DNA of 61,275 nucleotides, filler included, from Catajapyx aquilonaris (GCA_000934665.2; 4 parts of 4 records of this genome joined end to end with filler, not necessarily neighbours in it); one strand, 5' to 3'; counted from the first letter of the whole stretch, positions 25,661-39,252 are shown. Notes: generated from the sequence alone by a model not told the origin. Numbers and translations are program-made.

Positions 25661-28184
25661 GTTTTTAATCAAGCATCAGGTGTCTAGCTAGAGTAGGAAG
25701 AAAAATAAAGGTGATTATTTGGGCGGACGACCTATAGTGAAACAAGCTGTATATCGTTATTAATGCTGCAAACTCGTTAAATATATTGCATTTACCCTCA
25801 TCCTTACTCTGCTTTCTATGTAAAAATATCATTTTTCTCCCTTCCGAGAAATCATTCCTTTTCACTAGCATTAAATTCATTTTAAAATATTACATCAGTA
25901 TTTTCTTATAATCCAATGTGTGTTGCCTTGCCACGGGCGCTGGCAACCCACGCTACGCCACTGTGTATCCCGCCTTTCATTTCCTTACTCGTCCGATTGA
26001 CTTAATCTGATTCCACACCCCACTCCCTCCCTATCCCCTCCCCTCATTACCATTCCCAAGTGAAATAAAAAAACCAATGGGACGCGCCTGCCTGATGTAT
26101 TATGTAACACTTCCCACGTGAAAGCATTCCAGTGCGGATACTTCATGATGTCTACTAACGACACTGTGCCAACAATCCTAATAAAGGTATTACAAAATAA
26201 TTATTATCAATTGTGAATAATATTTAATTATGTAGATATAACACCTTAACGGAAATATGTTAAAATAAAATATGAGAATTAGCTATTACACTATATGAAC
26301 AGACGGTCCTTATGAAGCTCCTTTTCTGTCGCATGACATTAAGGTAGTCAATAGAGAATGACACATTCAGAGGACTTTCATTTGATGGGTTGAAAATATT
26401 ATTTATTAAAGTTTCAGATACACAGTCAGAAACAATAAGAAAAATGTCCGTAAAAGAGCCGTAGTCACCTTGACAACTTCCAGGAAGGGTAATATTTGAT
26501 AAATGGTGGGTTTAGGTGTAGGCAAGAGACATATTCCAAGAACTCAAGGCGAACAAATTCGTCTGTCATATTTGAGTTATTTCTCTTAGGAGACTTCATA
26601 AATTGTGTCAGACTGTTTCTGGAAATTTTTACTCTTCTCCGGCCTTCTCATGATTACGTACCGTCACGCTCTACCCCTTCGGCATGACTTAAGTACGGTA
26701 GTAGCTTGAATTTTTGATGCATTTTCGCACTGATTAGTGGCAATGTGACATTATGAGATGTAAAAGCAATAACTAATTTAAAGATCAAGCTACCAGTAGT
26801 TTTCATTTTTGCCTCGCGTAGCTAATAATAAAACTGGGTGGCACGTGCGCAGTTGTTGGTAGATCCCCACAAGTGAGTGGTGATCTTCACATTCTGAGGC
26901 CAGGATAGGCCATATAATTATATTGAGTATTTATCCTTGTTATTGTTATTTTATGTTTAACATTCACAACAATCAATCACAATTAGTTGCTCATTCGTAG
27001 TCTTAGTAGTGGTGCCAATTCGCAGTTGCTTATAATTATGTTGTAGTGGCTGCGAATTAGTGGCTGTGCTACTTTACATGATTATTAATGGACACGAGTA
27101 GTGTCCATCATAATTAACTATAATCAATATTCAACCATTCACCATCCCGATAACAGTCTTGTAATTGTCTTGATTGTGACTTCGGAATAATCAGTGTCTA
27201 ATTATTTGTAATTGGCAGTGACAAAACTGGCAACTTTTACAGTGCCACTCAACTAAAACTCATCTAAAATGAGGGCAGTGGCCATGACTCAAGGGACGTC
27301 AATTTCTGAGAAATTTTCTACACAGCGATAGGTTACTCCGCGAGACCAAAATTTACATTACAATGGGAGCCAATTCAGAAAGATAACCATATAGGCCTAG
27401 TAATATATTGCCTGAAGTTTATTGTAGGCGAGAAACTTTTAAATGGCCTCATTCGGAACAATGGCTTCGCTTGTTTCAGGTCACTTACGTCTTGCGCTAG
27501 TTAACTCAAGACAGTTTGATAAATACACCCGTCTTGGGCAGGTGTCATGTAAAAAAAATTAATTCGTCTACATCGTATTGTTAATGTTCTCAAAGGTTAT
27601 TATGTGAAAACCACGTGTTAATGTAAGTTTAATCAAACAAGTAATAAATAATCATTATGTGACTCATCAGGCGTCGCATATCACAGGGCAATTTATTCTT
27701 GTGTGAGAGAAAGTGCGCACCCTGTATTCACATTGATATCATAATTTTAGTTAAAATTACTTAAAGCCTCTTTGCGGACGTATTTGATAATATGTACACA
27801 TTATTATTCCTTGCGTCATGGAGGGACTGGCATATGGGTGAATGAACGTCATGAAAATAATTATGTCAGGTCATGTAATGTCAGCGTCCTGGTGACCTTA
27901 CATTTTATTTAAAATCTAGGTGTTACCATTGCAATTTTAATTTAAACTGCGGCATCATTAGGTATACAGCGGACATACTCCTAGGAGGAAGTGTTGAAGA
28001 CTGTCTCTGCACAATAAGGAGCAGGTAAACCGCATTCTTTGATCAATGCTAATTATCTTAGTAACTAGGTTATGGAAAGCAAATGACACCTTTGCATAAA
28101 GTCATCCTCTGGATCTCAAGAGTTCAACCTAGAAGTTTGTTTGAATCATAATCGACTATCCTGTGTAATGAAGAGGTGAATATA

Positions 28185-29392
28185 AAAGCAATATTATTAT
28201 GTTGAACTCCACTCAAACTATGCATTTTGAGGTCATTTTCAGTTAAGTAGGAGAAAAATCATTGGGAGAAAAATTCCGCTCATTTTTGCATTCCACATAT
28301 TCTTTTCCACTTAAAATTCTTTATTTCCCCACTTAAAAGTGTGTTTTTTACACTGGCATATTCCACTTACAGTTAGTTTCTTCACAAATAAATACTGTAC
28401 GTGAAAAAGAGTATTATCATTGTGTGGAAACGAGGTTAGGTGTATTATGTTGTAGGTGGAAAAGTCAGCGTAAGAACAAAATAAGCGGCACTTTTTTCAG
28501 TGGAAATACTTCCACCATAAACATCAGTGAAAAAATCTCACTTTTAATTGTGACTATACTGTACAGCACATAAAACGTGATCCTTTGGTGGCCACTATAG
28601 TTACACCATGAAGTTCTTTGTTAGAATCATCATGAAACACCCAGTCTACATATTGCATGTGGGACTGTACAAAAGGTGTTGCCCTCAGCATGAGGAGCTT
28701 GGCAGAACCTTTGTCTTCCCTGCATTAAAAAGCAGCAGGTGAAGCTTTCATTTTTGGAACACCTAAAGTAACATTTGAAAATTAAGATCATGCCAATAAA
28801 GCACAAGTTGGGTACTTATGAAACAGCTTATATGAAGCTCGTTTTTAGTCTGGAATGTAGGACAGGATTCAAGATGAAACCACGATAACTACACTGTTTT
28901 TCTTCTGATGGATTGTAGTACAGTGGGACGGAAGTGGGAATAGGATATTGGCTAGAATTTTAAAATGGGAGCGCATAAAATATTCGCACATTTACTTCAA
29001 GTCTCTCATGCATGCCTATTTGTAATTAATATCCATTTTGTGACTCTGAAGCATTAGTAAGTGCACATGACTTTTGCATATAATTTTAGACCTTTTCCCG
29101 AGGCTTTTCCTAAGTATTTTTCAACTACAGTATTTCAATGAAAATATTTTTTTTTGTATAATAGGAGCACTTGTTACCGCTCGGTCCTTTTACGTGCAAG
29201 TCAGTTTCAGTTGAGTGATTCCACAGAAACTCAGCCACAGCCGTTACGAGACGAGGTTTCTATACGGTGCTGAAACATTTATGATAGTTATATAGGTTTA
29301 AATACCTGTAACGATTGTCAAAACCAAGTTGGGAGTACCACTACACAGGGTGTTCCAATTTAAATAGGGTACGGTTAGCAATTTTAGCAATA
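28185..29392 (-). repeat. Right arm of ~1.2-kb inverted duplication
   Basis: Colinear reverse complement of 23004-24201. Confidence 0.95.
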
Positions 29393-30615
29393 ATCTGCTT
29401 ATTTTAAGCTGTTAGCTTTAAATAGTTACTCAATCTGACTATACTAAAATTTTGAATATCTGTCCATGCTCTGAATTGCAATGCATTTTCAATTAGAAAT
29501 AGCCCACTGAAATAATTTGGCAATACTTCTTTGCCCTTGAGACAGGAAATACCTCAAAAAGACCACTGATATTGACTTCCAGATTTTCCATCCTCAACAT
29601 ATCCCACCCAAAAAATTAGCGTCACTGGACTCTTGAGTTTCAAATATAATTAACTGTAATTAACTGCGCAGTTAGGGGGGAAACGCCCTATGTCCCACAG
29701 GGGGCCTTTCCTTTCAGGCGTCGGTGAGGGGGAGATCGTAAGAGGCGAGGGGGAAATGAGTTGGTGCATTTTCTCCTCTACCCGGGCACCTAGACATTTC
29801 CCAGTCAAATGACACAACCCGTCTCACAGTCATAGCAAAATCATGCAGCTGCTGGTGTAGAATCCAAGAATGTATGTTTCACGATAAAAAATACTTGTAC
29901 AAAGAAGCGCTTATAGTAATGCACAATTGTTTGTTTATTAGTGACAGTATATAGGTGAATATTCACGAATAATCATGAGAAGGAAACTTGTCAATGCATT
30001 TGATTCATTATTATTGTGCTGAATTTTTCGTGCAGCCAACGAGAAAATGATAAACTAAAAAAGCTGCAGTTGCCTGAACGAGTGTGAGAATTCCTAGTCT
30101 CACTATTTCCGCATTCTTGGTTTTCGCTGAAATGAGCAGGCTATTTCACAAATAATTGCATGGAAGACTTGTTTAGCGTGAAACGCGCTTTGCACCTAGG
30201 ATGTTACTAATAAAAGACAAACGAAACGTAAACATCGGTTGAGCAAAACCAAATTAGGGCGGCACCAGTCCTGTAATCAACAAATGCGAGTCGAGATTAG
30301 ATTTAAGCTCATTTCATTACCTACTGTGTGCATTGTACATCGTCCACACCAAGTGATGTGCCACGCGTATTGTAATTTTCATTGCCACTAATCTACTTTC
30401 TGACGTACTGCTTCAATTTGTCTCCACAAAGTTTTTGCAGTGGAATAACACTCCTTTATAGGTACATTGTAATATACGCCAGCTGCGTATCCAAATGCGA
30501 CCACTGAATAATACGTACTGTACTATCACGGTCAAAAAGATTGTCGGACTGTTATGGAATCGTCCGCGACTTTTTCTCCCGCCAATCAGTGTGCCAGGTG
30601 CAGGTGATTTGGGCG

Positions 30616-30715
30616 NNNNNNNNNNNNNNNNNNNNNNNNNNNNNNNNNNNNNNNNNNNNTTAATTAATTAANNNNNNNNNNNNNNNNNNNNNNNNNNNNN
30701 NNNNNNNNNNNNNNN
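30616..30715. other. Assembly spacer N44-TTAATTAATTAA-N44
   Basis: Direct reading. Confidence 0.98.
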
Positions 30716-32036
30716 TTTAGTAACAACCCCATTTTTGCAGGAAAATCACATTTTTAATGGATGGTATGGGGTGGCTTAATGCCTTGTGACCTATAAAAAG
30801 GCATGTCTACTCCAATCATTATTGTCTTGGCAAAGGACATTATCCACATGTTTGGTCACATTGCTGACCTTGGACCCATGAATCAGTAATGTCAGTGCAT
30901 TGCAAAGGAGGAGAATTCTGACATGGTTGTAAAATGACACCAAGCATTTGTCTCACTATATTACCTGACTTCGGCAGGGGAAAACCATTCAAACTCGATT
31001 ATCTCCAAACTACAGTGATGCGGGTTAATGCCTTTTGCCAAAAAACGGCCGAGCTGTCCACCCCGACGGACGATCCCGAGCTGTAACCAACCAACAACCT
31101 GAGGATGTCACCCTTCGCAACAGTACAGGTCAGAGTCGGAGTGTCCAATTACCCATAATGTACATGCATAATCAGGGCGAGTTGTATCAGAAATAAAACA
31201 TGAAAAGAGCACACCAGATTTTATGTTCCAAGTGTAACCGGTGAGACGAATACGAATTTGTGGGTGAAGGGTCATATGGCATGACCCAATGTGACAATAC
31301 TAAGGGAGTTAACAAGACGTATCGGCATATCTGCCTGCTCCTGTTATTTCCTTGCAGATCTGCACTTTGATAGCTTTGCTAATAGCAAGTATAGCCAAAC
31401 GCACCCATCCACACGGTGTCAGTTGATTAGTCAAGTTACTCGTCCGCTCCAATCTCCGATATGCTGTCACAAAGAATTTGAAGGTACACAAGTTACATCT
31501 TCAAGTTTCGTAAGATCACTATCCCCTTTGGAAATACAATATCTCGTGCTAGTACCGTTTTTTACTGGGTTAAACGTAGTATGTTCATTGCACATGAACT
31601 TCAGGTACGCCACTGTACCGAAGGTTCCATCTGGTAAGATGTCTGACGGCAGAGCCACCCTACACATTTAAGAAAAGTATAATGATGATAATCGAGTATG
31701 ATGCACAGCCATCGTTGACCCAGTCCCAGATTGTGAATGACTGAGGCTTAAATATGTGGAGTGATCCGTAGGCCTACTCAGTTGATCCAAATGAATATTA
31801 TTTTGATTTAAATGGGGACATATATAAGAATTGCTGCCGCATAAGGAATTACTGAAGAACTGCAGGCTGATTAGCCCTTGATATTTAGAAAGGAAGGATG
31901 GGAAAGGTTTCTGACACCATGATTGTTTTCCTGGCGATTCTCCACCTGGTATGTAGTTACCGTCGCTTCGGTTACTTCCGGGTCTAAACAACCAATTAAT
32001 TACCTATAGGGGATGATGGCGTCCGTCGCGTGTTTG

Positions 32037-32411
32037 TGTCATGCCAAGTATGGCATAACAACTCATATAATATTATAGTCATCATTTTCTTAATAATCAA
32101 TTTGCTGCAATTATGCGCTTTAATATCAAGTACCTTACATGACTGGTAATGTCACTGCAATGCCAAAGTATAGAGAGTCTCATGCACAGGAATCTATAAG
32201 GCAGTAGACTTCCTGGGGCCAAAAAGCCATTCAAAAGGGTCATTAGAGTCTCGGAGAGCGGAGAGCAGTACAAGAAGCACACCTTATCAATACAATAAGT
32301 TCATCTGTGCTATGGAGGGGCCAGGTCAATATTACTGGAAAAACCCCGAAAATGACGCTCACGTGGTGTAAACCCCACCCCAAACCGGGCACTATAAAAG
32401 CAGCGCCGGAA
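32037..32411 (+). repeat. Direct repeat copy 1 (LTR-U3/promoter-like, ends just after a TATA box)
   Basis: TGTCATGCCAAGTATGGCATAACA...CACCACGTG(rc)...GGCACTATAAAAGCAGCGCCGGAA; aligns with 34353-34720. Confidence 0.85.
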
Positions 32412-32845
32412 TTATTTTAAAGGGGACTTCACATCTTGACACCCAGGCAGACAGAAGTTGAGCACCACATCAGGTGAGAATTTTCAATCGCAAAGTATGT
32501 GAGCTGTGAAATGGCTATAATCTTTATTTTGACCGTCTGCTGTGTGGTCCAACGACTACTAAATCGTACACCGATACTGAAGATTGGAACCGGACCGTAC
32601 TGGGAAGTACCAGAACTAAAGTACATCAGCGATCAACACCCAGTGGCCCCGGTAAACAACCCGATTATGGTGTGGGACGAATTGAAGAAGCATCACAACA
32701 CAGACGGACTGGGCTGGACACAAGCGGACCGTCACCTGAGAAAACATGCGATCTGCCGATTCTCATCGTACAGTGAGTTTCAACAATTTTACGAATATTG
32801 TGTGCTCACCAGTTGTCCGGGAAGAATCTGTGCCAATGACATACA

Positions 32846-33206
32846 TATAATAATAATAATATATATAATAATTTGTGGGTAATGCTTTCACCCCTACCGG
32901 GGTATATAGCATGGACCTTTATTGTATTTTGAGATGTTAAGTACATGGTGCCTATTTAATGAAAGCCCGGGCCCACGGGCAGGATGACAGGAGGGGATGT
33001 GCAAGTGCAGTGCGGTAACGGTGCTTGGTCGTTTTTGTGAACTCCCCCGGGTGGTTTAGTCTGTGGATATACCACCCGAGACGAAGCCAGAGACGACCCC
33101 AGAACTCTGCACGAGATGAAGGGGGTGTCCCCGGGCGGGGATCGAACCCGGGACCTTAACATCCGTGGGCGCGCACGTTACCGCGGCGCCACTCCGTCTC
33201 CCTTAC
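32846..33206 (-). mobile_element. tRNA-derived SINE (family B)
   Basis: Minus-strand A box TGGCGCCGCGG, B box GGTTCGATCC, (TTA)-type tail; 16-bp TSD GTGCCAATGACATACA (32830-32845, 33207-33222). Confidence 0.9.
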
Positions 33207-33582
33207 GTGCCAATGACATACAAATACAGCCCAACTGCTAAAGTGGAAAACATAAGTGCCTGTTTGAGTGCCAGTGCAATCCAGTTATGTACCAAGTGCG
33301 CCTGGTGACAATACAGTGATGTTTCAGTGCTAGTGACCATTAGTAGTATACTCACTACTGCAATAGTTATCTCTTGCTATATATGTATATAATCTCTCTC
33401 ATTTATGTGTAAACACGTTAACACAATGTCGGTATAATAATTCAATGTTCCAAGGACTTAAGTGATTGTTCAAGTGACAACTGTTTAATGTGAAGAGAAT
33501 TATGTCTTACAAGTGTTCAGAACTTCATAACCCATAAATTGCTAATTGTTTATAATATAAGAAAAGAAATTGTGCTACAATG

Positions 33583-34205
33583 TGTCGCCCTTCAGGCGCG
33601 CGCTACACATAAACGGAAACATTAGCGGGGATTGATTGCTGACAACCACTTAGCGAGCAGCCATTAGGCTCCATCAAAGTCACGACGCGGCCCTGTGGTG
33701 TAAAAGTAGAGTAAACAAAACGCGAGAGGCCGACGTCAGCATAGGCGCGCAACCATATTTGGTCCACCAGGAAGTATGATTTCCGTAAAACGATAGCTCC
33801 CATTAGCAACTCTGACATATTGCGGCCAACCGGCCGAATATAAGCGGCACGAGCGGGGGTCGAAGGCAGACCCCGAGGGAGAAGCACCCCGAGCAGAAGC
33901 CCCTTCTGGCCACCACTCGTCAGCCCGAGCAGTCCCAGAGGGAGGAACCCTCCCTCGCTGACCCCCTAGACGACCGCCGGCACGAGCCATCAAGACCGCC
34001 ATGAGGGCACCCACCCCTTCAGTCACACAGGTCAGAGTTGCTAATGAGGTAGCGTAATTTGTGACCCTCTAACCCATTGCCGTGTACTGGAAATAAACCC
34101 TGAAAATGACCCTACCCGTTTTTGACTTCCGTGGATAACCCGAGAGACGCCTAAAGAACCTAACTTGGGGCCAAGGTCCAGGTGACCCCTGACCCCGGGT
34201 TGACA
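33583..34205 (+). mobile_element. Solo LTR (623 bp, Gypsy-like 4-bp TSD)
   Basis: AATG|TGTCGCCC...GGGTTGACA|AATG; internal TATAAG (~33839) and AATAAA (~34092). Confidence 0.85.
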
Positions 34206-34352
34206 AATGATATGTATCCCTCAAAGAGCGTATAATTGAAAGTATTACGTGTATCAAGTGTAATAAGTGTGACATATAAGTGTGATGAGTACCATAATGC
34301 TAACACTTGCAGGAAAGCGATTGAAAATTCTTTGCCGTTGCCGGTGGATAAT

Positions 34353-34720
34353 TGTCATGCCAAGTATGGCATAACAACTCATAAAATTATCATAATCAAG
34401 TTCGTAATAATTAATTTGCTGTAATTATGCCCCTTAAACTCATTTAAATTACATGATTGGTAATGTTACTGTAATGCCAGAGTAGAGAGTATAAGGCATA
34501 GGAATCCATAAAGCAGTAGACCTCCTGGCGCCGGAAAGCCATTCAAAAGAGCCATTAGAGTTCGAGAGCGGAGGACAGTACAAGCATCACACCTTATCAA
34601 TACAACAAGTGCATTTCGGGATGCCAGAATTAGGTCGACATTACTGGAAAAACCCCGAAAATGACACTCACGTGGTGTAAACCCCACCCCAAACCGGGCA
34701 CTATAAAAGCAGCGCCGGAA
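34353..34720 (+). repeat. Direct repeat copy 2
   Basis: Aligns with 32037-32411. Confidence 0.85.
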
Positions 34721-34924
34721 CAAAGTATGTGATTTTGGAAGGGATCCCTCCATAAGGAGGAAGTTGTACATTGTACCAGTATGTTATTCAGAGTACATTA
34801 AAACGAGTTATGAATTTAACACCAACCTTGTGTGCTTTCACATACATCCATGCCACATACTCCTACCCAACTTATATTCGAACCAGTACCTGCGTAGGTT
34901 CGACATGCCCGAATAGCAAAGGGA

Positions 34925-35960
34925 CATGAGGTGCGAAAGTCCTCGGTGCTCCAACCAGAAAAACGGTTACAGCTGTCCCTCACACTCTAGGAAAAGCCTT
35001 AAGCTGAGCCCGAAGGGCACTCCCAGGAAGTCTACTCAAGAGACAGACTGTGATCACAAAACTTGCCAAGGAATGTGGGCTGAAAGTGATGAATCCCAGG
35101 GATCTGGCAAGAACACATTCCGATAATCAAATTCTAGATCCCGCAACCAAAGATGCTGCGGTTAATTTTTTCCGAACAGCAGAAATAACCTGGCAGTCAC
35201 CATGCATGAAAGACAAAAAAAATAGTCAGGCACGAGGATGACAGAGGCAGAGTACAGAAGAGTTACCTCGTGAAGCGTTACATGATGATGTCTTTTCGAG
35301 AGGCATATAGTGTTTTCCAGATGCAAAACCCTGATGCCCAGATTTGTTTTGCCAAGTTTCATTCATTGATTTGGCATCTTCCTCACGAAGTGTGACTATG
35401 CAAAACGCATGTCACAGCCTCCGTGGAGAAAAGGGCCTTGGTCTGCAGCCCTGTTTCAGATCTTGCTGCACTTGAGAATACACCCTCACCACCATCAGTT
35501 TATAGAGTTCCTTTGACAAATCTGAAATTACCATCATGGAGGGTGTCCCATCAGAATGCTGGAATAAGCCGTGGTTCACAGCTGGTCGCATGGGAAGGCG
35601 CTGCCCCCATTGTTTTCCAAAGGGTTGGCAGGATAGTTGGTAATGGCCAACATATTAGGCAGCTATGTGGGGCTGTTAGCTGACAGGTGGAAAAAGAGAA
35701 CTACTGTCAGATAAAGGAGAAGAATTCTCAAAAAGGTCACCGTAGCTCTGCATTGAAGAGGACTCACATAAAGAGTTCTCTTCATAAAGGAAGTTCAACA
35801 TTAATATACGTCAATGGAAGGAGGATGAAATGTCACATGTACTCCATAGAATGGCAGAAGTATCACCTTTTTCATGACAATATCTTCCTCAGTGATAAGC
35901 TAGTATCAAGCAGATCGGAAGGGCAATGTGGACATTGCTTTTAGTTCACTGATCGTACAT
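34925..35960 (+). pseudogene. Decayed Sola2-like transposase
   Basis: Frameshifted motifs AVNFFRTAEITWQSPCMKDK...VKRYMMMSFREAYSVFQMQNPDAQICFAKFHSL...PHEV*LCKTH, matching the FY-x-S-x-PGxKD / KR-x-L-x-E-x-Y / SKF-x-LRP / CxC-x2-H pattern recalled for this group. Confidence 0.6.
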
Positions 35961-36175
35961 AAATATTGGTTACATCCTCCTCTCTCCTGCGGCTTACATG
36001 CATGTCACACACCATGAAACCCATATTCATATCACAGGACTTGTCAGTGAAGTCAAAGCAGTTCTGCCACGTAGCTTTATATTGCAAACCTGGCAACTGA
36101 ATGGCCTTTCTCCTGCGTTCTCATGTGAGTATGCAAATTAATCACGTCGGGTGAAAACATCCCTGTCTTCAGCAG

Positions 36176-36232
36176 ATGTACTGTGACATGGCCACAGATG
36201 GAGGCGGATGGTCAGTCATCCAAAGTAGGGAG
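36176..36232 (+). pseudogene. Fibrinogen-related domain (FReD) exon fragment
   Basis: MYCDMATDGGGWSVIQSR matches the FReD signature VYCDMxTDGGGWTVIQRR; directly preceded by a GTGAGT...TTCAGCAG intron (36125-36175). Confidence 0.75.
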
Positions 36233-36255
36233 AAATCACAACACTCAGACAAAGA

Positions 36256-37202
36256 AGTCATGCTGGTGGAGTCATACCTAGGAGAAGACCCCCACAGGAC
36301 AAGTGCCAAGGTGGGACGAAAAGAACTGCAATTATGTCAATGTGAACACCCCAACAGCCATCAAGGCGTACAATACTTTTCCGGGAGGGTTCAACAAGCT
36401 TGACCACATAACAGCCCTCTGCAAATAACAGATTCCACACCCATTGATGGTACTGTGCATCTACAATTTTTGGCATGCCTTCATAGTGGCACTGGTCAAC
36501 AGGTGGTTGCTGTACTGTCAACAATGCAGGCAATCTGCCACCCCCAAGTGAGGAAGTGTCAAACAGAATTGTCTGAAGCCAAATCTGAGCGGGACACAAG
36601 GGAAGGACTTCTGTGAGAAAAAGCTGTGCATGTCCCCAACTTACGTGGACTTTGGGACACAAAAGGTTGACATTTGCGTTGTGAACAGGATGACCCAAGT
36701 CAAGGGTAAAAGTGCCACCCGAAATAAAGCCGTCAAGTCTCCCAGTTCCTGCAACTGTGGTGGGGTATGTCAATGGCTTCAGATTTGGAGATGGATGACA
36801 AACCTTGGTGCTGCCTCCACTGCAACTGGTACTTTCAATCGCCACCTGAACAAGGCGCAAGGTGGTGGCTTCAGCACAGACACCTCATGAGAGTATGGAG
36901 ACATGCAGAACATGGAGGACATCCTGACGCCAGTGAAGGACACTACACCGGAAGAGAGCTGGAAATCAGGATAATATTTTACCTCCGCTCCGGTTAGAAT
37001 CCTCATCGACATCCTGAATTAATACCAGTCCTGAAGTGAATAACATGTGGAAATCATATACCCAACGACAAACCCATTTCATTGGATTTGCAAGCACACA
37101 AAGAGAATGGGCACTGTATATGTGCATTTTGTAATGAAACTTGTTAAAAAATCCTTTTTTTCCTGGCATCTTATCTTAGGTGGTCAATTGTGGCACAAAG
37201 GG
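36256..37202 (+). mobile_element. 3' half of a decayed piggyBac element
   Basis: VMLVESYLGEDP/TGQVPRWDEKNCNYVNVNTPTAIKAYNTFPGGFNKLD...WY...IFWHAFIVALVNRWLLY (piggyBac YN..MGGVD..D / VNAWLLY); right end ...GCACAAAGGG|TTTA. Confidence 0.75.
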
Positions 37203-39252
37203 TTTACACAAAAAAATTGCATATATCCAAATTTTGAGATCCTTTCATATCAATGACAGTCAGGTGATGCTGCTGTCGGCAATTCTGTACCTTGCTCAAG
37301 GTAAGTTCTTCAAAATTGACCCTCCATGCTCATCCGAGTAGTCAAGTAGAAAATTTCAACACCTAGGTCATCCCCCCACATCCCAGAGCTCATGTCATGT
37401 GCTTGCCAACTTTGATCACATCTTGTTATGTAACGATACATGAACAGACTTGAGCCTTCCAGGCAGCGGCATGGTGTGTTGCATCTAGTCTTGAACAAGG
37501 AGAAGGCGTGGATTAGGCCCCTGGGTCTTCTTCCCAACTGCCACCCTCACGTTGTCCCCGCCAGTATCCCGCAAGGGATCTCTTGATGGTTGGGGGATTG
37601 AAGCCCTTCCCTTCCCCACTGTCCCAAAGGCCTCTATCAGCATGTTGCCTCTCCAAGTCCTTCCTCTGTGTCTCCCAGTGTGGTTGTCTCTCCCTCTCCC
37701 TCTCTCCTTTTTTTGGCTCAAGTCAACTCTGACATTACTGATTTGAAGTTTTTTTCCCCTGACATGTTGGGTACACAACAACTCAGTGACAAGTACCACC
37801 AGTTCAGCATGGCTACCTTGCCTAAAGCAACCTGCTACGGGCAGATGTCTGGAACCTTTGGCAAGAAATAAGACAAAATCCATTGGATCTACAAAACGTT
37901 AGTTGCTCTCAGGATCTACCTCCTTCGTTGTCAAGCATTTGTTGCGAACAAAATGCGAGGCTAACAAACCAGTAGACTGGACTAGCATCATAACATGGTA
38001 GATGCATATGACCTGCGTACATAGTTGTACATTTTACAATGTGGAATTTGTGTACCCTGTACATGGTATGGGGTCCCAGAGCAGTAAAGTTTCATATGAC
38101 TAGGTTGGAACCCTTGTGATGTAAACAAAAAAGCAAACTTCAATAATTTGTCTAGATCTAGAATAAGTGAGACAACATGGAACTTATGACTTGAACCACT
38201 CAAACAAACATTACTGCACGATATGTTTGGTGGCTTTGTGAACTGTACCAACAGTCGTCAAACCATGTAGTACAAATTTCCTGGTAATTGGAGGGGGCTC
38301 TTGTATCATTAAAAAATTAATCATATCCTAGTGTGATCAGTAAGGTGTGGTGTGATGCTGAGGAGAAACTGGGGGAGAGGAACAAGATGAGAATAGTCGA
38401 GTAGTTCCAGCTGCATGCTGATTGAAGTTGTTGAATGCGGGCAGCACATTGGCAGGCGTCTGCTTGTAGAAGGGAACAGCAATGGAGCAAGGCAGGTTCA
38501 CTGTAGCAATAGATTACTGCACTCTAGAAGACGGCTTGACCAAAGGACGAAAATCGTTGCCTCTCTAGGTTGACATTTGGCCACGTCAGTTCTGGAAACA
38601 CCCTCCAGCCTAGTTTCTTGACCTGATGGGAGTAAGCTCAGTGTGTGTTCACCCAAACCCAGGTGTCAGTTGTTCTGCTTGCTGGCAGCATTGACTGGGG
38701 TTTTGGCAGCGCATACTTGCACAACCTGTCAATGAGAAAATCGACAAAATTAATATTCAGTCTGTAGACATGCCATTGTTAAATAAACACTTTTTAAATA
38801 TAAATATCCTAAACACGAGGCAAGTGGCAGTTTCAACCAGAATTGACCAGTTCTGCCTGAAATGTGAGCAAAATAATATTACATAGGGTGTCTGGCTTTG
38901 CTTGGACAACAATACAGGGTAACACTAAAGAAAGTTGGATCAATGCTAATGTCACTCCAGTAAAAGAAAATTAACCTACGACTATGAAATTTTGATATGA
39001 TTGGAACTGTGGACATAAACAAAGTATCATCTCCCATAAATGATGCATTTCAAGACATAACATTCACTAAATTATTTTCATTCGCAATAATTGCAACACT
39101 GTCCGTGTTGAAAATAATGGGCTGTAATTTTCAACAACTTTCCTGCTCATATTTCCCATAATAATATTTCAAAAATTTCAAATGGAAAGAAAATAAAAAA
39201 ACACTAGTCATTTTCTAAACCCCCACCATTTTTCATAATTCTTCTTCCTTAT

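Noticed and set aside
36258..36860. 200-aa minus-strand ORF
   Set aside because: Antisense shadow of the decayed piggyBac transposase.
38515..38565. Hammerhead-ribozyme-like string CTAGAAGACGGC...GACGAAA
   Set aside because: Core deviates from CUGANGA and stems do not pair convincingly; the other CTGATGA sites checked lack a matching GAAA and stems.
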